Source: Octopus vulgaris (taxonomy: Eukaryota). Taken from it: DNA of 64,000 bases. The DNA lies in contig OX597827.1 in NCBI GenBank assembly GCA_951406725.2, positions 80,352,001 through 80,416,000 of the forward strand. Direction: 5' to 3'. This document shows positions 26,894 to 38,399 of the stretch, one piece after another. A model generated the notes under the pieces. It did no database searches, was not told the origin of the DNA, and saw only the letters and a program-made list of their open reading frames with translations. The translations under genes and the position numbers were made by a program. The first letter of the stretch is position 1. Each line of letters opens with the position of its first letter.

Positions 26894-29266
26894 TTGGGTA
26901 GGTTTTGGTAAAGTTCTCGACTGAACTGAAGATTCATATTTGTTCTGTAGCTGACCTTCTGCATAACATTCACTCTTGGATCTCTCAGAATAGATATTCC
27001 GCTTCACCATCTCTTCTGCATTCCTCGACATAGCAACAGAAGTGTTAGTCTGGTACAACAATTGTTTCATCTCTGCTCTACCTTGGTAGGCTGTATTCTT
27101 TGTGGCAGCAGCTGTGTTATCTCTGTGTTTAATACATTTCATAATACACAGCGTTATAGAAACAACAATAGCCACTGATATTATTACTGCTGATGATACA
27201 ATGATAATAACCCATGTCATATGGACCCGACCTGAAGATTGTAAAGGTCCACTCTTCGACATTGGTGATGTCTCGTTACTAACAGCCAATACCAAAGTGA
27301 CACTAGTTGTTGACGACTGAACTGGACTACCACTGTCCTTCACAACAAACACCAGCTCATAACTTCCAGCATCATTTAGATAAACTTGTCTGGAGAAGGA
27401 TAAAGCACCACTGTGTGAGTTCATACTAAACAACTGTTTATCATTTCCTTGTTTGATTGCATATCTGAGGAAAGCATTGTTTCCACTGTCCCCATCAGAG
27501 GCTCTCAAAACTGTGATGTCACTCTTACTCTGCGGATGGTACTGCACATTTAGCGTGTAAGGGTCACTACTAGGATATGTAAAATACGGAGCATTGTCAT
27601 TTTGATCTAGAATCTCAACAACAACATTCGCTGTGTCATTCAGAGATGGGCTTCCATTATCTTTGACAAAAACCTCAAACTTATACACATCTTGTTTCTC
27701 TCTGTCCAATGACATGGTCGCTGAAATGAAGCCATAACTGGTGATGAGAAATGGGAGATTGGATTTTTCTTTACGCAGCAGAGAATATGTGAGTTGTCCA
27801 GCAGATCCAAGATCAGGGTCAGTGGCATTGACAAAACCAATAGGGAAGTCTTTATCTTTGTTTTCGTAGGTGAGGAATTGGAATGTATCTTTGGTAAACT
27901 GTGGTTGTACATCGTTGATGTCAGTCACTTGGATAGAGAGGCTTTTAACACTTTTGAGAGGAGGTAATCCTTTATCTTGACAGGAGACAGGAATGTTATA
28001 GTGTCCTTGTATTTCTCTGTCCACTGGTTTGTTTAGAATGATTTTATATTCCTTGGATCCCATTGACTGTAGTTTGAATGTATCATGTTTGATATCACAG
28101 CTGACCTCTCCATTTTGTCCCACATCATTGTCAGTGACCATCACATAAGCAATAAAACTACCAACTTTGATGTCTTCAGAAATGGTAGCTGTGTTGTCAT
28201 TGATTGCAGAAACATAATCAATATCAATAGATGGAGGATTGTTGTGTTGGTTGATGACATTTACCAAAACAGTTGCTATGGAACTGAGGGGAGGACTACC
28301 CCCATCTCTGGCCTCTATGAACAGTTCATATGTTGTTTTTTCATCTAATTTAGAATACTTAGTTGAAAATATTTCTCCACTGTTTTCATTTAAATCAAAA
28401 TATCCCTTTGCTTGGCTGGAAGTTTTGGGGCTGAAATGGAAAGTAATTTTACTATTGGAACCCGCATCTTTGTCTGTCACTGACAAAGTAAGAATAGGTT
28501 TTGTCTTGTCGTGTGTGGTTCTAATGGAAATATTATAAAGTGGTTTTGAAAATACAGGTGGATTATCATTCTCATCTTCGACAACAATCTCAACATTTAA
28601 TACACTTTGTTTAGATGGAGAACCTCCATCTTTAGCAATTACTTCTAAATTGTATTTCTCTTTTAACTCTCTGTCTAATTTCTGTTTTAAAACAATCTTT
28701 AACGAGGAAATACCATCAGCTCTTTTGGAAACTGTCAGGGAAAATGAGTCATCAGATTTTTTAACTTTGTATTCAATGAAAGAATTTTGATAACTCACAT
28801 CTTTGTCTATGGCATTTGGAATTGACTTTTTCATTCCTCTCCCATCACCTTCCCTAAATTGTAGAGTGATTTGTTTTTCTGGAAACTCTGGTTCGTGGTC
28901 ATTGATATCCTCTATTACTATTTTGATTTTCAATATTTTTGTAAATGACTTTGTTTTCCGAACAACAATTTTAATAATCCGAGAACATTCTTTGTTGTAT
29001 GTACAAAGTGATTCGGCATCAAGTTTCTGAGAAGTGTAAAGTTTCCCTGTTTTGGTCACATTGAAATATTGTGTCACTTTTCTTTTGAGTTGACTGAATG
29101 TCACCATTTGCTGTTCAGTGGATTTGACATTGTCCAACAGTTTCGAATCGGCAGCAATGTCTGCTACGTATGTTCCTGGACTTCTCTCTTCTTCTATATG
29201 ATAAGTGAGGTCTACACTAAGACACGTATGAAACAGTGAGAAGATGATCCAGAGTGGGAACCACAT
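26894..29266 (-). CDS. PCDH: Protocadherin D, large coding exon 1 (signal peptide, six cadherin repeats, TM, proximal tail); full protein ~871 aa
   Basis: 805-aa ORF with DINDHEPEF, LDRE, A.DGG.P and DQNDNAP cadherin motifs, EC1 C-X5-C and hydrophobic TM WVIIIVSSAVIISVAIVVSITLCIM. Donor CAA|GTAAGT at 26893; 5'UTR acceptor TTGTTGCAG at 29321-23. Symbol is family-level only. Confidence 0.96.
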
Positions 29267-29496
29267 AATTCTCTTTGGTTTTGAAACACTTTACGATCGT
29301 CCGAGTTCTTAGAATCTAACCTGCAACAATAGAAAGAACATCTGTCAAAACATTAACTTCAAAGTGTTAGAAAGGAGGTGATTTCTTATTTATGATGGTA
29401 TTACATCAGAATAAATGAGGAATCACCTTCTTAAGATTTACACAATTCTTTAGTTTCTGATAAAACATTAATAGAGAAATATGTTGTAAATTGGAA

Positions 29497-29550
<54 letters not shown>

Positions 29551-30155
29551 TGCATGTCCTAATTTTCACACTAAATATACAATGTTTACATTCATTAGGA
29601 ATTAAGCAATAAGTTGTAATGCTTAAGTAAATATATAGTGTTGGCTATCAGTCTAAAAAGGCTTGACTGTGATCTCGTCTTTATGTAATAAATGCCTCAA
29701 TCATAGTTTCTTCTATTATTAACCAGTAGAGCAGCTTAAAGCAAAACAACAATGATACACTGATAAAAAAAAGTGTCAAATCAAGGGAAAATAGAAAAAT
29801 ATTTTGGAGACTGAATCTTCCTCTCAGACATAAAATATAAAACATGCTTTTGCATCATTATCAAAGGAGAGCAGAGGATTGTTAGAGTTGATAAAGAGTC
29901 TATTTAATTATAATCCCTTTTATGCCTTGATTTTAAATCCTTTCAAAGTCAACTATGTCTTTCATCTTTCCATGGATAACAAAATCAATCAGCTGTACCT
30001 ATTCCACAAATCTGAGATCTTGTGCAAATATAAGAAATCATTATTATGAAGGGTTAAGAGTAGGTAGTCTAAGGCAACATTATAAGTGTGCAGGACACAC
30101 ACACACACTTTGTGGTATTTAGTTACATCCCTTTACATACTCATTCTGTGATTAA

Positions 30156-30430
30156 CCCTTTCATTACCAACACGGCTGAAACCGGTTCTGGCTCTGTAGT
30201 ACAAGTGTCTTGTTTTCATAAATTTTGAATTAAAATCTTCCACTAAACCTCAGTCACAATTTATGTTCCTAACACTAGCTGAATGATAACCAAATTATTT
30301 TACTAAATTCTTTGTTATATTTAAAATTAATTGAAAGAAACACAGAGCATCTCAACAGAAATCATCATCATCATCGTTTAACGTCCGCTTCCATGCTAGC
30401 ATGGGTTGGACAAATATGGTAACGAAAGGG
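30156..30430. mobile_element. piggyBac-like MITE with a nested ~50-bp RTE tail
   Basis: TTAA|CCCTTTCATTACC ... GGTAACGAAAGGG|TTAA. The uninterrupted copy at 63166-63385 shows that 30363-30411 (catcatc...ttggac, AAAT duplicated) is an insertion. Confidence 0.85.
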
Positions 30431-31090
30431 TTAACTCAGTATTTCAAACTTTTCCTCGGTTAAGAAGTACAAATCAAGAAGTGTAGTCATTACAATGACA
30501 GACTCCTGACTTCAAGTTGGTCACAATGAGCCAATTAATTGTAAGATAGCAGTATTCAGAACGATCAGAGTAGTGAGGATAACTAACACAATAAGGCATA
30601 AACACCAGACTAAATGTATTATTTAGCTTTGTAATCTCAGTTCTGAGACTGGGGTCCTCTGAATATTTACTAAGCACTTGTCTTTCCTCTGCCAATGTAT
30701 AACATCTGTAAAACAAAATATCAGTGAGAGGTTCAGAGAGAGTTGACATGATTGTATGTCACAATAAATGCATTGAAATGTTTGGCCATGGGCTCAGTAA
30801 TGTACTGAGGGACTGAGTTCACTAACGAGATCCATTGTATGATACCTGGGTAAATAGGATTGTAACAATTTCACCATATGAGTGTTTGAAGGAAAGGATT
30901 AGAAAACACACACACACACACACACACAAAAAAAAAAAGAAATGAATGGATTAAAATATATAAGAAGCTGCATTTATTTGTGATGGATGTGTGAAGGTAA
31001 TTTGAGTCCAGGTAGGGATTTAGCTTTGGGGACAACAGTGATTTTGATTTTGCCTGGGATTGGACAAATACGTCTGTTAACTGAAGGATA

Positions 31091-31382
31091 CAGTGGCGAA
31101 CTGGTTCTAAAAATATTGGTTACCAAGAGACTAAGGGGGTCCCACCTGCAACTATAATGCTATCATTTATTTATTTATTTTTTTTGTTAAAAGTATTCTT
31201 TTCGATTGTCTACAAACACAGCCAGGCTGAAATAATGCATTCTTCCAGGAGTGAATAAAAAATTCTCAAACTTGAGGGGATGGGCCCCTTAGATACTAAC
31301 ATGGGCCTCCATATATGGATTCTAATGGCGCAGAGGCCCACTTACCATTGGGCAAGCTGGGAACCTGGCCAGTCCACCACTG
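31091..31382. mobile_element. hAT-like MITE
   Basis: TIRs cagtggcgaactgg / ccagtccaccactg flanked by a perfect 8-bp TSD GAAGGATA. Confidence 0.85.
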
Positions 31383-31761
31383 GAAGGATATAATTCTTTT
31401 ATTGTTCAGTTTCTTAAATTGTTTCTATGCACCCATGACAATCACACAGATCAATCTAGGCTATAACTTTCCCAGGATGTTATATTAAGCTGTAGGAATT
31501 TTAGAGGTTGTTTGAAACCTAAGGATGGCTCTTCCCTTAGTATGGAATCCCTCTACTTGATGGCCATACAAAAGAATTTTTGGTATCTTGCATTCAAACA
31601 ACAGGTTCTGCTCATCTGCATTGAATTCTCAGCAACATGCTTTTGATACTGGAGATATCATATATTTCTAAAATTTTGACATTTGATAACTTATCTTGCC
31701 ATTTTATGTTGCAGATATTGTGCAGACTGCACATGTGAAATGTTTCAAGTTACTTTATCAT

Positions 31762-31780
31762 AATAATAATAATAATAATA

Positions 31781-31833
<53 letters not shown>

Positions 31834-31836
31834 AAT
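31762..31836. repeat. (AAT)n(GAT)n microsatellite
   Basis: Directly visible. Confidence 0.95.
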
Positions 31837-33192
31837 GGTTTCAAATTTTGGCATATCAACCCCAGTGCTCTACTGGTACTTATCAACTCAGGAAGAATGA
31901 AAGATGGATGAAATGCTGCTAAGCATTATTTTCCATGGTGTACTAACAATTCTGCCAGCTCATCACCTTAATAAAAATACTAACACTAATAATAATAATA
32001 ATAATAATAATAATTTCTTTTCTTGACCACAAATATTTTCTCTGCAGCCATGGTAGATGGGTCAAATCCCAAACTTGAAAAAAAAAAAAAAAGAAAATGG
32101 TGCTCTTTAGCAGACTAAGGATGACATTTTCTTGTTCTTATTTTTAAGATGGGAGGATATGGTTTGAGGAAGATTTGGTTGTTATGTTTAACAGATCAAG
32201 TAACAATGTATCATTTATTTAAAATAAAAATGACAGGAAAAGAAAATAATAATCAAAGAAATTCATCAAAATTGACTGAGTTTTTAAGAAAGATTGAAGG
32301 TGAGATAGTAAGAAATATCTAAGGGGGTAGATTGTAGTGAAAACAATAAGTATCATAATTCTATACTGAAAATATTACTAGAAAAACCAGCTGTAATTTG
32401 AATAGATATCCACACTAATATACCTAATTAAATTGGGACAGAAAAATTATCATGAGGTAGTACTAATTTTATATTCATTTTTAATTTCACTAAATAAATA
32501 CCCAATAATCTGGTTAATTTATATATCATGATTATTAAGCTGTTTTTGTGTTTTGTTTTAGTAACAGTGAGGCACACATTAAATGTTCAGAATTATATTA
32601 AATGTTGTTTGCCAAATCAAGGAAATTCTTTTTAAATTGATCATATAATGATGATGATTGCTTCAGATTCTGTCATTCTTTACTAGATTTAACAAACACT
32701 TATAATATGCTGATAGATTTCTCTTGTGACTGCTGTCAACTCTCCTTAGAAACTCAAAGCTCCAGCCCCATTTGTCCTTCTTTAGCATACAGTTTCAGCA
32801 TTTATCAATTCCAATTATACATTATTCTCCCATTAATTCTATACCATATTCCATGTGAATGAACTAATTTTTATACCAAACTGACATAATTTAGTAGATA
32901 TAATAAATATCTGTAGAAATTCAATAGCATTATTTGTTTTTCATCTCTAAGAAGGATTAGTTTGGGTGGTTGTGGAAATTGTCAATGTTAAATCTCAAAC
33001 AACATTTTAAGGTCTCACTACTACCAACCAGTTAACAAACAAAGTATCTGAAGAAGAAAAATATGTCTACTGATCACGGTTTCCCTTTCAGCTTTCATTA
33101 TATAGAGAGATCTATTTCAATAGAATAGGTTAAAACAACAACAAAGAAATAACAAACAAACAACAAACAAACAAAAAAATTTTTAATCTTAC

Positions 33193-33350
33193 CTTAATCT
33201 TTAATTCCATTATTGTTCAGTGTAACAAGAGTCATCAATTTTGTTAGAGCAGAAAGGTCCATTGAAGCTGCAGCTGTGTGTGTGTGTTTGCGTGTGTGTG
33301 CGTGTGTGTGACAATGGCTGTATATTGATGGAGTGGAGCTGTGAGTCAGT
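33193..33350 (-). promoter_or_regulatory. Putative non-coding leader exon/promoter of protocadherin D with the shared 16-bp element
   Basis: Donor AAG|GTAAGA at 33192; element gtgtgacaatggctgt at 33306-33321 plus tgatggagt at 33326-33334; AP-1-like tgagtca at ~33342. Confidence 0.6.
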
Positions 33351-34519
33351 GTGAACACTTACGTTCATGCCAGTGCCTCCTCTCTGTCAATATGTGTAGG
33401 TGAGCAAATGTAAGCATGCATTTTAGATATTTTAGATGGATACGCTTGAATGAGTTTTCCCATCGGCATAGATTGTTAGTTTCACTCATCTGCTGAATAT
33501 TTATTTCAGATTTCAAACAAAAACAAAAAAAACTGATACATCTGCCGTGTACGACTAATTGGTTTGATAGCTTTAGTGAACATCATGTAAAGCACCGCAT
33601 CACTATATTAATTAGATTAATTTAAACTGAAATTTATTTACAAATTAGGGAAAACAAAGTAAAAGCAGGATTTATAATCTTGATGAATATTTTTAAATTG
33701 ACAAAATTCTTAGAAATTTTTTGGTAAATCAATTTTTATATTTATTTTTTTTTAAAAAGCTACGCAAAAAAGGGAGAGAAATTCTGATTGAAGTCAAATT
33801 AACCTGCTTCATATTGTAAACAATGAAGGAGTGATATGTAAAGTTTGAGTTGATTAATGTTTTCGATGGCTGATCTACATCATCATAAAAATATGCACAA
33901 CCTTTAATTTTATGTTATTTCCTTATTATTTGGTAAAACATTAAATTCTTAAATTTAATAATGTTTTACCAAAATTGAACAATGTTCAGAACAAATTTTC
34001 TAGAAAAAGAAATTAAATATAAAAAAATTATTGAATTTCAATTCATAAATGCTTGTTGTGAAATAGTTAAAACTTTAACTATTCCAACATTCCAAAATAA
34101 CCAAAAAAAAACTTGCATTATTTCAGGCAATTCCATTAATGATAATAATGAATATGTAAATATTCACTCATTAAATTTTACAAAAATAAAATCTATTTGT
34201 CTTTCTATGTGTTCCTTTCACTAGATATCTTACTCATCTTGGATAAGTCTACCTTAAATAAGGGTTTACGTGAACTTCATAGAAGTGTTTATTTGAAAAG
34301 AAGTAACGAGTTCACTTTTTCATAATTACATTATTTTGTAGGAAAATGTTCTCTTTTGAATATATTATTATTTTTAAAGAGAAGATATGCTTAACATATT
34401 TCAGTTTTTATTGATAATTTGGAAACTTATTAAGATAATAGAAAAAATAAGTATATTGTTGAGCAAATAAGGATGGATTCATATACTTAGCTAAAACTTT
34501 CTAAACTGATAGGAACTGA

Positions 34520-36880
34520 AGGATTAAACACTCGAAGTCTGTAGTTGATTTTTCGATGTAAAAGTCACATTTTAAATACACTGCTGATATAAGACAGCAA
34601 TAATAATAACAATAGATATTTAGTTATTATTTCCTTTTGCTAAGGTTATATCTGATGTTGAAAGATTGAAAGAAAAATTCAGGAGTGAGGGAAAATATTG
34701 CTTATTGTTGTCTGTGTTTATATGTTTCAGATAATTTTTTTTTTTTTTTGGGGGGGGGGGAGAGATAGTGATTTTGTAATGTAGTTTCTGCATTGGTTTT
34801 GGTATGTGTTATCTCCTAAAACAGAGAGTATAAAGTGATTTAATACAGAGAAATTTAGAGAAAAACATTTTCAAAACAGTTAGCTATCTTATCCCAATGA
34901 TTGTGCTATAAAATCTGTCTAAAACAAAGAACATTGGTTAAAATGTAAATTATTTAAGAAAACGAAGAATCAGTTGATTGAATTTCGTTCTCCTTACTGC
35001 TGCTCCATATCCATATTTAAAATTAAGAAATACAAATATTTCTGAAAAGTTTCAAAGAATAATCAATAAGATAAATACAAGTGGATAAGCAAAATTAATA
35101 GCATAAAGCTTTATTCCTTAAATCTTTGTTAAGGAAATTAAATTTTACCTGATACTCCAGGTATTTCTTCATGTTTTGTATCTTTCCCTATTTCACTATG
35201 TTCTTGAATTGATACTGTGTTGGGTCAGAAATTTCACAGAGTTGAGCAGTCGTCCAAACTATCATTGTTAGATGTGACCAACTGGTTGAATATTTCTAAT
35301 CGAAAAGAAATATGATAGAACTTAGAACATAATTTCAATCAAGATAATAAATTGTCATTATTGAACTAGATTTGCTAATTAAGGATCACAGCTAAATTAA
35401 ATGTAAACTTCAATTATACAATGTCAATGAATTGTTATACATGTCTATAAATAGTGTTTAATAAATTAAAATAAATAAAATAATAAAAATTAAATAAAAT
35501 CTTACTAAAGATTTAGGAAAGGTTCTGTTTGAATAGATATTCCGCTTCACCATCTCTTCTGCATTCCTCGACATAGCAACAGAAGTGTTAGTCTGGTACA
35601 ACAATTGTTTCATCTCTGCTCTACCTTGGTAGGCTGTATTCTTTGTGGCAGCAGCTGTGTTATCTCTGTGTTTAATACATTTCATAATACACAGCGTTAT
35701 AGAAACAACAATAGCCACTGATATTATTACTGCTGATGATACAATGATAATAACCCATGTCATATGGACCCGACCTGAAGATTGTAAAGGTCCACTCTTC
35801 GACATTGGTGATGTCTCGTTACTAACAGCCAATACCAAAGTGACACTAGTTGTTGACGACTGAACTGGACTACCACTGTCCTTCACAACAAACACCAGCT
35901 CATAACTTCCAGCATCATTTAGATAAACTTGTCTGGAGAAGGATAAAGCACCACTGTGTGAGTTCATACTAAACAACTGTTTACCATTTCCACTGCTTTT
36001 TTAGAACTATTTTATATTCCTTTGATCCCATTGACTGTAGTTTGAATGTGTCATCTTTGAGATGACAGTTCACCCGTTGGACACAAACGGTCCTCTAACT
36101 ATTGATATAGACTTTATTTCTACTCCAAATGACATAACTACTATTTCTGAAGATATCAAAGTTGGTAGTTTCATTGCTTATGTGATGGTCACTGAAACTA
36201 CCAACTTTGATATCTTCAGAAATAGTAGTTATGTCGTTATTTGGAGTAGGAATAAAGTCTATATCAATAGTTAGAGAACCGTTTTTTTCATTTATTATAT
36301 GAACCAGAACAGTGTCTACAAAGAGAATATTGCTTTCAACTCTGGCTTCACATATAATTCACAATTTATTTTCAGCCACACATTGATATCTGCTTATTAA
36401 TACTCCAATTTTTCATTTAATTTAAAGTGCTTTAATTTTATATATGATGTTTTAGGATTTGCAATATAATGTTATTTTGCTGTTTTCTCCTGCATTTGAG
36501 CCAGATGCTATCACTGTAATAACTGGTTTCATCTTGTCGTATGTTCCCTCCAGTGATGCACGATAAATATTTTGAATAAGGGAGGCTAATAGTCATCATT
36601 CATGTCTTCAATTTGTTTTGGTACGGCTGTTCTAACTTCAGCAGAAATTTTACCATATCTGTTTTCAAGGTCTCTCTCTCTAATTTCCACTCCACAATGA
36701 TTTTTATTGATTATATCTGATCAAACCTCTTTGCTAAATGATATTCATTTAAAGACTTCTTCAGTCCTACATCTCTATATACTGGAATGGAAGATTTATT
36801 CCTTCACCATATTGATCCCTCAAAGTTATTTCTTCAACAAGAACCATAATGATATTCATTAAAGAATTTTGTTTTAACCT
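34520..36880 (-). pseudogene. Protocadherin pseudogene psi-C (rearranged large exon 35506-~36880; tail exon 35149-35295; possible exon 3 relic ~34524-34590)
   Basis: 35531-35990 is near-identical to the EC6-TM-tail of intact genes. A ~570-bp deletion joins EC4 (KEYKIVLKK) to EC6, a ~66-bp tail deletion is present, and an inverted duplication lies at 36085-36284. EC2/EC3 are decayed (TYDKMKPVITVIASGSNAGENSKITLY). The tail exon ends KHEEIPGVS|GT with stops. Confidence 0.9.
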
Positions 36881-38399
36881 ACCGTAACATTCTGAGTCAC
36901 TCCTACATTTTTCACCACAACTTGCTACAGTCATCTTTGCCCCCATCTCTAGCCATCTCCCCTTACACTCTTATGCAACATCCCCCTTTATCTCCTACAG
37001 ATCACTACTGTTGCTTAAGAAATTTACCAACAGAAAATATCATAATTTAAAGTTCATTTTTCTGTTGGGATGGGTCGGACAGTTTGACAGGATTGGATGA
37101 GATGCAGAGCCACAATGAGCTGTGGTGTCAGTCGTAATAAGGTTTCTACAGCTAGATGCCCTTCTTAATACCAACCACTTTACAAATAAGTATAGGGTGC
37201 TTATTTGATGCAACTGGCACGAGTGAGGTCACCCAATAACTTGCAAAACAAGACAAGAATAGGAAACAGGGAGAAGCCTAAATGGAGAGAGGAGAATATT
37301 CAAGAGTGGGGGAAGGGGGCAGTTGCTTTGATGCCATGTGTAGAGAGATTAAAGTGTGAAAGAGGAACTGGCCCAGGTGAAAGTTTCATAAGAGTGGGCA
37401 AGAGTAACAGATGGTTAGAGATGCAGGTGAATATAGTGAATGAGTGACAAGGGTGTGAGTGGGTTGATGGGAAACACCAGTATGGAGAGGGATAAGGGTG
37501 GGAGATACAGGTATTGGAAGGGGAATAGATCAGAAAATGATGGAATAATGAACAAAGTGTAGGAGCAGTTGGGAAGGAGATAGAGATATATATAAGAGGT
37601 CTGTCTGTGGTGAGCTGGCAATGCTGGATATGAGAAAGCATTATGAATGATAGTAGATATAAGAGATGTTGAAGATGGAATATGGCAGTGACTGAAGGTA
37701 CAGAAAGAAGGTGACTGATGGAAATAGTGGGGGTAGGGATAATAACAAGAAATGAAAATGGTTTCAGGGGTTAAGAAGGAGGGGAAGGTCACTGAAAACA
37801 CAAAGAAAGAGGAGAGGGAATGTAATATATGTTGATTCTACCCTCAGGTGATTACAGTTGCTGAGTGGTACTATAGATAGAAGAGTGATAGATATTAGGG
37901 GATGAGATGTTGGGAATATTTGATGTGGAAGAGACAAAGGAGGGGCTGGTCCCCATTTGTAGAAACATAAGGCAGTTTTAGGACATTGTTTTTTGCTGTG
38001 TTGGATGGGTCCTCTCAAGCACAGTAAGTGGTCAATCATCTCAGTTCTTAGTCATCTCCTCTTTAAGGCTTAGCATCTTAAGATCAGCCTTTATTGCTTT
38101 GCCTCATGTCTTCCTGAACCTCCATCCATAATAAGTGAACTTCCATCCATTATAAGTGACAAGCACTTTTTTAACCAGCAGACCTCATTTATATGCATCC
38201 CATGACTAAATCACTAGTTTTCTCTTCTGCACACTACATCTAAATCCACTTGTGCCCGATTTTTCTCACAATACATCAGCACTTTGTCACACACTCACAC
38301 ACACACTGACATTGCATGACTAATGGAGCGTATACACTTCATTCTTCTCTCGGCTTTGTATGTCCTCTGCACTCTCTACCCATGACTCACTATGTAACA

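Noticed and set aside
26894-28190. cDNA-mediated conversion as the cause of the exon-confined identity
   Set aside because: Tracts stop ~25 nt before the donor, exons 2/3 are not homogenised and no intron loss is seen; DNA-level conversion limited by homology is sufficient. Not excluded, but unsupported.
35458-35976. 172-aa ORF as a mini membrane protein
   Set aside because: TTG start inside a deleted and rearranged pseudogene; the C-terminus is intron read-through and exon 2 has stops.
37250-37980. Purine-rich stretch with several 80-128 aa ORFs
   Set aside because: Low-complexity strand-biased sequence between RTE tail fragments; no recognisable domain or splice structure.
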